From Klebsiella phage KP13-26: DNA of 64,000 nt. Numbering within the stretch: position 1 is the stretch's first letter; each line of letters opens with the position of its first letter. The notes below the pieces were generated by a model. That model made no database searches. It was given only the letters and a program-made list of their open reading frames with translations, and was not told the origin of the DNA. Both the position numbers and the translations under genes were made by a program. Location: the sequence record OP617743.1. One strand, 5' to 3'. Below are positions 56,234 through 64,000 of this stretch, one piece after another.

Positions 56234-56473
56234 TTACTGCGGAATGATTTCTTTAATTGCTGGCTCACGTCCTGCCAACTTACCGTTGAAGTCAATACAG
56301 AAGCTGTATTCAACACCGCTGGCATGTTCGAAAAGGAGTCTGTCATTCGGATCGTAGACGTAGATACCCTCTTCGTCAACTAGGACAATCTCCAGTTGAT
56401 CTTTATCTCCGTGTGCTGAAAAGTCTGTATCTACCATTACCGCGATATCACCTTTCTTTGCATTATTAAACAT
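56234..56473 (-). CDS. hypothetical protein
   Basis: 79-aa ORF with RBS aggaggaaacATG. Confidence 0.3.
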   Translation of the reverse strand: MFNNAKKGDIAVMVDTDFSAHGDKDQLEIVLVDEEGIYVYDPNDRLLFEHASGVEYSFCIDFNGKLAGREPAIKEIIPQ

Positions 56474-56485
56474 GTTTCCTCCTTA

Positions 56486-57049
56486 TTAGCGACGACGACT
56501 AGAGCTATAACTTTTACGGCTAGAAGAACTACTGTAGCTACGAGAAGAACTTAGTGGGCTAGAGTAGGATTTTTTAGTAGTATAACTACTGTTAGTATTC
56601 ATAGTAGGACGTGAATACGTTTGGGTGCTTGTTGAACGTGGTTGGCTTTGATACCCCTGTTTATTTGTTGAATAAGAGCTACGGCTATTTGAGGAGTAGC
56701 TACTGCGTGGTTGAGTCACAGTGTTGTTATTGATAATCGTGGTACGGCTAGAGTTATTGTTATAACCACCGCCATTGTTACCACCACCAGACATCATGTG
56801 ACCTAAAATCATACCTGTTGCAAAGTCTCCAACACCAGAATCATGACTGCCACTCTGCACGATAACAGGCGCAGGAGCAGACTGAATCACTTGTGGAGGT
56901 TGTTGGTTAACATACTGCTCATCCACTTGTTGTTGCTGCGGAGCAGGGATGTATTGGGTTTGCGCTGGAACATCGTCATCACATGCGCTCAGCATTGTAA
57001 CACCCAGGCCGATAATGATTGCACCGATCACCAGTTTAGTTTTGTTCAT
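56486..57049 (-). CDS. lipoprotein with a Q/P-rich and S/Y/N-rich disordered body
   Basis: Lipobox LSAC after a signal sequence, then low-complexity segments. Confidence 0.5.
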   Translation of the reverse strand: MNKTKLVIGAIIIGLGVTMLSACDDDVPAQTQYIPAPQQQQVDEQYVNQQPPQVIQSAPAPVIVQSGSHDSGVGDFATGMILGHMMSGGGNNGGGYNNNSSRTTIINNNTVTQPRSSYSSNSRSSYSTNKQGYQSQPRSTSTQTYSRPTMNTNSSYTTKKSYSSPLSSSRSYSSSSSRKSYSSSRRR

Positions 57050-57242
57050 GTTTTGTTTCCTCGCTTAAAGTGTTAATACATTGATTGTTATCTAACGAGT
57101 AGCAAAAAACTGGCTTCTCGTCTTTACTGATGCTAATACTACCACCGCTTACTACCGCTGTCAATGCTACAACTAAAATAAATAAACCTACACCGAAACA
57201 AATACTTTCGAACACAAACCACACTGCTTTCAGGATTTTCAC
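57036..57242 (-). CDS. small membrane protein
   Basis: Two hydrophobic helices. Confidence 0.3.
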   Translation of the reverse strand: MKILKAVWFVFESICFGVGLFILVVALTAVVSGGSISISKDEKPVFCYSLDNNQCINTLSEETKHEQN

Positions 57243-57459
57243 TGCTGTACTCCTTCGTTAATGCACTGACTATAGCGCAGATATAGATTATCATTACCTG
57301 CCTCAAAATTACGAATTTGCTGCGTACATTCTTGGTAAGTGAGGTGTGGGACAGTTAAATGTTCCGTACCTCCATTTGAGTTGGTTGCAATGCTCCAAAT
57401 CAGAATCAAAGTATACATGTTTCTCTCCTGTAGAAAGCCTCCCGAAGGAGGCTATTTCA

Positions 57460-58440
57460 TTAAGCTGTTGCTTCTTCTTTCTCAGGGAAGACCAGACTTG
57501 CCAGTACACCCAGCGCCAGAGTACCTAGTACGATATACAGACTTACGTTAGCTGAGATATCGTGCGGCATGAACGCCCACTTAGCATGTAACGCTTCACC
57601 AAACGGGTGATACATCAGTTTCGCACCTACAAATACCAGAACTACAGCTACTGCTTTCTCCAAGTGAACAAGATACTTAACCGCAACACTCAGCACGAAG
57701 AACAGAGCACGTAAACCCAGGATTGCGAAAAGCATCGCAGAATAGACCAGCAGAGGTTCTTGTGTCACACCGATCACCGCAGGTACAGAGTCGAAGGAGA
57801 AAATCACATCAGTGAATTCTACTACGAACACACACAGCAGCGCTGGAGTTGCATATTTGATACCATTTTTAATCGTGATGAACTTCTCACCATCTAGAGC
57901 CGGATGAACAGGAAGAATCTTACCAACCAGACGAGTCGCCCAGTGTTTAGAGTAATCAACTTCATCTTCCTCATCATCACCGCCTTTGATAATAGCTAGT
58001 GCAGACCACGCTACAATCAGACCGAATAACACCTGGAAAAACCAGTGTAAATTAAAGATTGCCGTACCTGCTGCTACAAAGATACCACGGAAGACGATGG
58101 CACCTGCGATACCCCAAAGCAGAATCTTATGCTGCAAGTGTGTCGATTTAATACCGAAGCTTGCGAAGATTGCCATAAATACCATCAGGTTATCCACCGA
58201 CAACGACTTCTCTAACACATACCCACTCAAGAATAGGGATGCAAATTCTTTGCCGTACTCAACCCAGATAAATGCATAGTAACCAAATGCTAGGGCAATC
58301 CAGAACACTGACCAGAGCAGCGCACTCTTAATACCGATTTCTTTATTTTCTTTATGTCCAAAGAAATCAACTACGATGGACAGTACCAGCACACCTACGA
58401 GCACAGCAATGTCCAACAGTGGGAATCCAAAATGGTGCAT
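57460..58440 (-). CDS. terC: TerC-family integral membrane protein
   Basis: Multi-pass membrane protein with the TerC signature EKSLSVDNLMVFMAIF. RBS aaaaaaggagataaacATG. Confidence 0.75.
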   Translation of the reverse strand: MHHFGFPLLDIAVLVGVLVLSIVVDFFGHKENKEIGIKSALLWSVFWIALAFGYYAFIWVEYGKEFASLFLSGYVLEKSLSVDNLMVFMAIFASFGIKSTHLQHKILLWGIAGAIVFRGIFVAAGTAIFNLHWFFQVLFGLIVAWSALAIIKGGDDEEDEVDYSKHWATRLVGKILPVHPALDGEKFITIKNGIKYATPALLCVFVVEFTDVIFSFDSVPAVIGVTQEPLLVYSAMLFAILGLRALFFVLSVAVKYLVHLEKAVAVVLVFVGAKLMYHPFGEALHAKWAFMPHDISANVSLYIVLGTLALGVLASLVFPEKEEATA

Positions 58441-58521
58441 GTTTATCTCCTTTTTTGAAGAGGGAGCCTATCTCCCTCTTGACATATATGTTACGCTAAT
58501 TTAATTTCTTGTCAACTACTT

Positions 58522-58788
58522 TTATTCCACAATTTTGAAGTTTACACCGATAGTACCTGCAACATCACACGCACAATCGCAGTCTGTATCATCAAGGAAT
58601 AGTACCGCTTGGTCTTCATCGTTCGTCTGACCTGGATAACCAGCAAAGCGCTCAGGTACTACTTCACCTGGCTCCAGGATAATAGCGTCATATTCTTTGT
58701 TCACTGTGGTGTCAATAAATGACCAGTGATCTTTGTTCAGAACAACAATCTTAACATTTTTCATAATTTCTCCTTTGTTAGTGAGCAA
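58522..58788 (-). CDS. hypothetical protein (CDCACD cysteine cluster)
   Basis: 88-aa ORF. Confidence 0.3.
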   Translation of the reverse strand: MLTNKGEIMKNVKIVVLNKDHWSFIDTTVNKEYDAIILEPGEVVPERFAGYPGQTNDEDQAVLFLDDTDCDCACDVAGTIGVNFKIVE

Positions 58789-58888
58789 CTCATTTCGTCT
58801 TGATGTAATGAAGTTTACGCTCTTCTTAGATTAAGTCAACAATTATTTTCAAAATAATTAAGCCTCCCGTAGGAGGCTCATGTTCCAA

Positions 58889-59101
58889 TCATTTTCTTGC
58901 AAATATGCCGCGCAACGTTGCCAGTATGAGTGTGACACACACCACACTCCAAAACGTTACAGGGACTTCCCAACTAACATGCCCCATCAGCGAGACAATA
59001 TAGTTATAGGCCAACATCACCAGCCACGTTGGTATCAGGCAGATTAAGAACGCTACCACCACCATAGCTAAGAACATTACAACTCCAGCAATAATTTCCA
59101 T
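58889..59101 (-). CDS. small membrane protein
   Basis: Two TM helices. Confidence 0.3.
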   Translation of the reverse strand: MEIIAGVVMFLAMVVVAFLICLIPTWLVMLAYNYIVSLMGHVSWEVPVTFWSVVCVTLILATLRGIFARK

Positions 59102-59109
59102 AATTTCTC

Positions 59110-59571
59110 CTAATTTAATTTAAAAATAGTAACTTCTAGACCTTTGGCGACGAGTGTCTCCTGAATCATAGCTTCAACTACAGACCACTTTCCGCCAGCT
59201 AATCCACAACCAATGAGAGGGAGTCCTACTGTCTTCCCGCCACATGCAATTACATCATCACCCATTGCGTCCAATGCATCAAAGATAGCGTCATAGTCTA
59301 AGTCACGAATACCTGAATCACGTTTACTGTAGCCGTACTGTCCGTACAGATTGTAGACGGTGAATTCACCATCCTCTACAATAGCTTTCGTGAAGGTTCC
59401 CAGTTTCGTGCGATCACCTTTACGTGTTGCACAATCAGCAGCATACACTTCGGGCCATTCTTTTTTAATTTTTGGAGCTATACCACTGCCCATAGTGCAA
59501 AAACAATTACAGCAGTGGGCAATAGCATCCACTTCAGCTTGAAGCAGATCTCCGATTTTATACTTTAGCAT
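59110..59571 (-). CDS. macro-domain protein (ADP-ribose-binding or -processing)
   Basis: GDLLQAEVDAIAHCCNCFCTMGSGIAPKI and IGCGLAGG match the macro-domain Gly-rich motifs. Confidence 0.65.
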   Translation of the reverse strand: MLKYKIGDLLQAEVDAIAHCCNCFCTMGSGIAPKIKKEWPEVYAADCATRKGDRTKLGTFTKAIVEDGEFTVYNLYGQYGYSKRDSGIRDLDYDAIFDALDAMGDDVIACGGKTVGLPLIGCGLAGGKWSVVEAMIQETLVAKGLEVTIFKLN

Positions 59572-60121
59572 GTTTATCCATCCATTTCTCAGCTTTCAGT
59601 TTCAGCAGGTCGTTCAATTGCCCAATAACTTCGTCTGCCAGTTCTTGCCCATCCAGGTCACTTGTTTTCTTCTTGTGAACGAGAGCCAAATCCAAAGCAC
59701 AAATAATAACGTCGGCACATTCCCCTAAGAGGTCTTCCTTTTGCCGATCTGGATTCACAAGCCAATCTGCACACTCCCCTGTTTCAGCAGTAAGATATGC
59801 CATAACATCCATCACACCACGAGTCTTATTCACGTGTCGGCTTGCATAGACAGCCGTGGAAACATCTAATGTCATTTCAGGATAGTCTGAGTGTTTAGCC
59901 TCATCTTCTACCCAAAACATATCACGAGTACCCCCAACAATCGTAAAAGTAGGGTACGATAAGCCACAATCAATTTCTTCGGCTCTTACTCTAACTTTAC
60001 CATTCCCTGTAGCTTCTACTAGTTCCAGTACACGGATGTGATAACCCGCCCCAAAAGCAGCATCTTTGCTCTTAGCAATCCGCCCGATATCTTTTTGGGA
60101 AACACTTGTGATCTTTTCCAT
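59558..60121 (-). CDS. protein with a C-terminal MazG-like NTP-pyrophosphohydrolase domain
   Basis: TAETGECADWLV ... EDLLGECADVIICALDLA, an EExGE/D-type helical motif. Overlaps the macro gene by 14 nt. Confidence 0.4.
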   Translation of the reverse strand: MEKITSVSQKDIGRIAKSKDAAFGAGYHIRVLELVEATGNGKVRVRAEEIDCGLSYPTFTIVGGTRDMFWVEDEAKHSDYPEMTLDVSTAVYASRHVNKTRGVMDVMAYLTAETGECADWLVNPDRQKEDLLGECADVIICALDLALVHKKKTSDLDGQELADEVIGQLNDLLKLKAEKWMDKHAKV

Positions 60122-60130
60122 TAATACTCC

Positions 60131-60988
60131 TTACTTATTCAAAATATTACCTTCGAAGAAATGATGAAGAAACGCAAAGTTCTCTTCATATTTCTCAATT
60201 TTATTGTACCCTTCTGACAGACAACCGAAATATAACGCTTCAACGTAAGATAGTGGGAGTTGGCTCAGTGCTACCTTAAAGGTCACTTCTGGCTGGCTCA
60301 TTAGGTATTTGATTGGACGAACCAAACATTGGGCATCAGGCTCATCTTTAATCATCTGCACGAAAGCGGAAATAGTGTTAATGTCACTGAAATTCAGTGC
60401 CGCTTCTGTGTTGGCCTCAGTACCATTATACTTCGCGAAGTATAGGAAGAATGTGTCATTAGTTACATTCTCTGCATCTAAGATCTCAATGAGCTTGTCT
60501 TCGTGTGTTCCGGTAATATTTACATCATCAATGAAGATCAGGTTTTTGTTTCCCCAGAAATCTTTGTTGATCGAGAAAGTATCACCGTCAATCAGAGCTT
60601 TGCGGTCTTCCTTACTGAGGAAGCCATAATCATTGATATAACTCACCTTACGATGAATGATATCCCACTCTACAGCTTTGCCATGCGTACTGTTCACAGC
60701 TACCAAATGGTTAATATGGTCTACAAAATGCTCTGAGAGCAACGTAGCGGCGTTTTTAACGTAGTTATAGGGCGAAGGTATCACCACAAACTGACTATGT
60801 ACCAAACGGCTCCAGTGGGCCTCAAAGAAGCTTTCTGCAAGAATGCGCCCCATACGCTTAGCTGCTTGATTGCTACCAAACTTCAGCCGGGAATAATCCG
60901 CTGTATTGAAACCAGCATTTTCTAAGGTAGAAAAAGTATGGGCAAAGTGTTGAGTTTGATTACGCATTAATGATTTCTCCTTTTTCAA
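60131..60988 (-). CDS. phosphoribosyltransferase (PRTase type I fold)
   Basis: PRPP-binding motif NLIFIDDVNITGTHEDK. Confidence 0.55.
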   Translation of the reverse strand: MKKEKSLMRNQTQHFAHTFSTLENAGFNTADYSRLKFGSNQAAKRMGRILAESFFEAHWSRLVHSQFVVIPSPYNYVKNAATLLSEHFVDHINHLVAVNSTHGKAVEWDIIHRKVSYINDYGFLSKEDRKALIDGDTFSINKDFWGNKNLIFIDDVNITGTHEDKLIEILDAENVTNDTFFLYFAKYNGTEANTEAALNFSDINTISAFVQMIKDEPDAQCLVRPIKYLMSQPEVTFKVALSQLPLSYVEALYFGCLSEGYNKIEKYEENFAFLHHFFEGNILNK

Positions 60989-61616
60989 GTTTCTCTAGTA
61001 GGTCTTGTGGGTTTTTAACATGACAAAACTTAAACCCTAAATCAACACACTTCCCATCATAAATTTCACTGTCTCCAATATGCAAAATTTCATAGTTTGC
61101 TAGGCAAGATAGCTTACTAGAAAGCAGAGTTTTAGCAAAGAATAAAATGTCAGGTTTACAAAGCAGATGTTCGTCCGAGAAATGCATAAAACTCCACCAA
61201 GGCATTCTATCAAAGCCTACAGCCTGAGACAAGATTCTACCTGAGATAAAGTTAGTGTTGCTTTTGATACTCAGCTCATAATTATCATCAAGATTTATTA
61301 ATTGATCAACTAAATCCCCATTTAAGTGCGGAGGATTAGAAATAAAAGCCTGTTCACACATATATTGCATCTCAGCAATTGCTTTTAGTTCCATATTTAA
61401 ATTTTTACCTAAGACATGCCAAGCAGTAGAGGTAGAACCACAAATACCGTTCTCTGCTTCTTGATCTAAATATTTTTTAACTTTAAGGTACATCATATCA
61501 GCTTCTTTTGGTGAAACCCCTGCAAAGTAGGAGATAGCTTCTGTACGTTCATAAGCATAATACTTGTTTGCAGTGATCAGAGTGTTCCATACATCAAAAG
61601 AAATATGTTTAATCAT
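60960..61616 (-). CDS. HAD-superfamily hydrolase/phosphatase
   Basis: N-terminal motif I ISFDVWNTLI (DxD/WxT) at residues 5-14. Confidence 0.5.
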   Translation of the reverse strand: MIKHISFDVWNTLITANKYYAYERTEAISYFAGVSPKEADMMYLKVKKYLDQEAENGICGSTSTAWHVLGKNLNMELKAIAEMQYMCEQAFISNPPHLNGDLVDQLINLDDNYELSIKSNTNFISGRILSQAVGFDRMPWWSFMHFSDEHLLCKPDILFFAKTLLSSKLSCLANYEILHIGDSEIYDGKCVDLGFKFCHVKNPQDLLEKLEKGEIINA

Positions 61617-61885
61617 AGGTCTACCTCACACATCTCAAGTGCTTCAATGGCAATATCCCGTTTCAGAGAAGGCGCTATTACATAATACAATGAATCATTC
61701 ATATCGCCACTAAGGATTCTAGATAAGTCTTCTTTAGAGGCAAAATATGGCTGTTCACCTTCCTGACCTAAAGAAAGATGAACCCACTCCCCCTCTTCAT
61801 CAGCGTTAAAGTCTGCTACTACAATCATTCCAGACAAAGTATGTTTCAGATAAAAGAATTTCATATTAAGCCCACCATGCGTCAA
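61613..61885 (-). CDS. hypothetical protein
   Basis: Small acidic ORF. Confidence 0.25.
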   Translation of the reverse strand: MTHGGLNMKFFYLKHTLSGMIVVADFNADEEGEWVHLSLGQEGEQPYFASKEDLSRILSGDMNDSLYYVIAPSLKRDIAIEALEMCEVDL

Positions 61886-62471
61886 GGTTTAAGTTACTAT
61901 CCAGTATCACTTGTTCTACGTGATAGCTTTTCATTTCAATTCCACTTTCCAGAAGCATACCATACGCCTCATTAAAACGCAACTTATCTTCTGCGGAATA
62001 TAGACGCGCATTATAGAAGCGATAATCCACATCTTCAGCATTGGAAGAGACACGGAAGAAGCCAGTGTCAATCTCCGGCGCACTTGCAGGAGTCTTGATA
62101 TGAACTTCACCATAATGTTCTTTGCTCAAATCCATGAACATTACACACGCAATGTGTCGGAACATCTGTTCCAGTTTATAGCGTACAACTTTGAATCCAG
62201 CGGCTTGCAGTTTTGCTACACAATCCAACATAAGGCCTGTTTCGATACCTGCCTGGTACTTAGTTAGCATACGGTCACGCTGTGATTGTGTGTCACGGTG
62301 CAGATCAATTATAGTGCATTTTGCACCAATCAGTTTTGCTGCTTCCGTGAGTTGCTTACTACTTACGTCTGCTAATGTAAGATGAAAATGTGCTTTCCAT
62401 ACTTTATCCACAGGAACACCAAGAGGTTCTTCGTTTGTTCGTGGTAGGTTTGCGATCAGCCTATGTTGCAT
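61866..62471 (-). CDS. hypothetical protein in the PRTase/HAD module
   Basis: 201-aa ORF with no motif I can name. Confidence 0.3.
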   Translation of the reverse strand: MQHRLIANLPRTNEEPLGVPVDKVWKAHFHLTLADVSSKQLTEAAKLIGAKCTIIDLHRDTQSQRDRMLTKYQAGIETGLMLDCVAKLQAAGFKVVRYKLEQMFRHIACVMFMDLSKEHYGEVHIKTPASAPEIDTGFFRVSSNAEDVDYRFYNARLYSAEDKLRFNEAYGMLLESGIEMKSYHVEQVILDSNLNLDAWWA

Positions 62472-62481
62472 TGTTTTCTCC

Positions 62482-62691
62482 TTAAAAAGGTGAGCGTTCT
62501 AATTCGTCTGGTTCAATACCAACAATATTAGCGATATCTCTATCAGAAAGCAACTCCTTTCTTTGCAGAATTTCTACCAGTGTACCAAGCATTTCACGAG
62601 TGTCCCGCTCACTGCTCTCTACCAAACCTTTTGCACTATCAATCTGGTCTTTATAAAAATAAAATTGAATCATAAATCCTCCAAACAACAA
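62482..62691 (-). CDS. hypothetical protein
   Basis: 69-aa ORF with RBS ggaggatttatgATTC. Confidence 0.3.
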   Translation of the reverse strand: MLFGGFMIQFYFYKDQIDSAKGLVESSERDTREMLGTLVEILQRKELLSDRDIANIVGIEPDELERSPF

Positions 62692-62708
62692 AGGGGCTTT
62701 CGCCCCCT
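62692..62708 (-). promoter_or_regulatory. intercistronic hairpin ggggc-GAAA-gcccc, copy 4
   Basis: Immediately after the AAA+ gene stop and before the next RBS. Confidence 0.45.
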
Positions 62709-62724
62709 TGTCAATTACTTCACC

Positions 62725-63885
62725 TTAGTAGCTACGACCCTGAAAAGCGTAGTCAGTGTAGCTTTTCTGCTCTTTTGTTTTGATAACCAGTTCGATGACA
62801 TTCTCACCTTCTTTGAACATGAAGTGGAAGCCATCTACGCCCATGCTCTTAATATTTTGCTCGTTGTAAGAGATGGTGAACAGGTCAGAATCCCAGTGCC
62901 AATCTTCCGCCTCGTCATCGTAGATATCGAGAGTAATGTTTTCCATTTCCGGCAGACGCGCCTTACCTTTGTGGTGTTTAACACGGAAGTCAAACGTGCG
63001 GCCAGCGAACAGACGCTGCGGAGCCAGCTCGTAAAGTTCGTACTCGTCCGTAATGTCATCCTTACGCTCAACACCGTTCACCTTGAAGGTTACAATTTCC
63101 TTCGCAGAACGAGTACCGCCATCATTGATGGTAATACCCATCAGGTTCAGTGCATCGGTAAACTTATCGTCAGGGTAACGATTCAGTTCTTCAACCAGAG
63201 ACTGAACAACATCGAAATTCAGATCAGAGGACAGGTTGTACAGGGTTTCAAAGTCACCCACGAACGCTTTGTTTTCCAAGTTTTTAGCTAAGTAATCATC
63301 CAACGTGGACTTAGGCAGTTTCTTATAGCTAAAGCTATAGAAGATACGGCTTGGTCGGTTACGCAGAAATTCAGACACATAACCATCGTTCTTAGTCAGA
63401 ACGAACAGTTTGTTATAGCCACCTACACCATCCAACAGAGTAAGCAGACCGTCCTGATGCTCTTTCTCGGCGTACAGCTTATCAAATTCATCAACCATCA
63501 CCATAACTGGTTGCTTGATCTTAGACATGAAGTTGATAAAATCTTCACCGTTGAACGGGCTACCGATGGAGATGGTAGGGATACCGATCTTACGCAGCGC
63601 CACAGAGAGCATTTTTGCTTGCAGAGTTTTACCGCTGCCTTTAGTACCTTCAAGAAGGATACCAGTGTTCTTACCTTGACGGCTCAGGAACGTTTTGATA
63701 ATACGATCAGATTTATCGTCGGTATCACCGTAGGTTACGCTTGGTACTTCCATATCGTTTTTAGGGTAAAGGAACCACTCACCATGCTGAGTAACACCAA
63801 TACCATAAGTACCTGCTGGAATTACATCGATATCAATACCAGATTTCTGACGCAGGAAGATTTGACTACCAAATTGTGTGAACAT
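62725..63885 (-). CDS. AAA+ ATPase
   Basis: Walker A GILLEGTKGSGKT and Walker B VMVMVDEFDKL. Start set at ATG 63885 after the RBS gaaggagaaatac. Confidence 0.65.
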   Translation of the reverse strand: MFTQFGSQIFLRQKSGIDIDVIPAGTYGIGVTQHGEWFLYPKNDMEVPSVTYGDTDDKSDRIIKTFLSRQGKNTGILLEGTKGSGKTLQAKMLSVALRKIGIPTISIGSPFNGEDFINFMSKIKQPVMVMVDEFDKLYAEKEHQDGLLTLLDGVGGYNKLFVLTKNDGYVSEFLRNRPSRIFYSFSYKKLPKSTLDDYLAKNLENKAFVGDFETLYNLSSDLNFDVVQSLVEELNRYPDDKFTDALNLMGITINDGGTRSAKEIVTFKVNGVERKDDITDEYELYELAPQRLFAGRTFDFRVKHHKGKARLPEMENITLDIYDDEAEDWHWDSDLFTISYNEQNIKSMGVDGFHFMFKEGENVIELVIKTKEQKSYTDYAFQGRSY

Positions 63886-64000
63886 GTATTTCTCCTTCTT
63901 TCTCTTTAAAGTGTAGGAGAAGTATATCAACCTCTCCTATGAAAATCAACCCTTATTTTTTAAAAACACGACCGAGTTGTTTACCGCTGTTGATCACCGT

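Noticed and set aside
57309-57551. ORFs 57309..57509(-), 57339..57551(+) and 57346..57528(+) after terC
   Set aside because: They overlap each other and the terminator-like hairpin agcctcc-cgaa-ggaggct. There is no RBS, so they are probably non-coding.
60309-63291. Plus-strand ORFs 60309..60629, 60503..60736, 62563..63291, 63457..63909 and similar antisense ORFs inside the minus-strand genes
   Set aside because: They are antisense to long motif-bearing genes (PRTase, AAA+ ATPase), lack RBS, and their translations are low-complexity.
1-64000. CRISPR arrays, integrase/attachment sites, reverse transcriptase or retron, toxin-antitoxin pairs
   Set aside because: I looked for regularly spaced direct repeats, tyrosine/serine recombinase motifs and RT motifs in the six-frame track. 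None were present.

Overview
This window reads as a segment of a large virulent tailed phage genome with three blocks. I have no database access, so every call rests on motifs visible in the sequence and on gene order.

(1) Plus strand, 0.3-4.2 kb: a Prs-family phosphoribosyl-pyrophosphokinase next to a Nampt-family phosphoribosyltransferase. This is a NAD+ salvage or reconstitution pair (NadV/Prs-like, or a NARP1 Adps/Namat-like pair).

(2) 4.2-12.1 kb: a dense tRNA array with about 20 canonical tRNAs and several atypical tRNA-like elements. Embedded in it are an HNH homing endonuclease and a 476-aa vWA-domain protein.

(3) 12.2-40.7 kb, plus strand: a lysis and morphogenesis module. Overlapping spanin genes, then a large terminase whose P-loop is interrupted by a 158-aa mini-intein, portal, scaffold, capsid, sheath/tube-like proteins, chaperones and a proline-rich tape-measure protein. 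Baseplate proteins, a tail fibre and two beta-helix tailspikes (one a pectate-lyase-like depolymerase) follow.

The minus strand from 64 kb down to 40.8 kb carries an early-type operon. Replication genes are a family-A DNA polymerase with proofreading exonuclease, a T7-gp4-like primase-helicase, an SSB ending DFDDDIPF, and a CCA-adding-enzyme-like nucleotidyltransferase. Two glycosyltransferases, a secreted SleB-like cell-wall hydrolase and a SprT-like protease are also present.

Most notable on that strand is a cluster resembling the bacterial Ter/TelA stress-response system. It has TerD, a TerD-N-motif + vWA (TerY-like) protein, a TelA-like protein and TerC. These are joined to a macro domain - MazG-like - PRTase - HAD phosphatase - AAA+ ATPase module of the kind predicted to make a nucleoside-like metabolite.

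Regulatory signals are a TTGAC(A/G)-N17/18-TAnAnT promoter family (several with a TAAGAT -10), intrinsic terminators, and a recurring GC-rich GNRA-tetraloop hairpin placed between stop codons and the next RBS.
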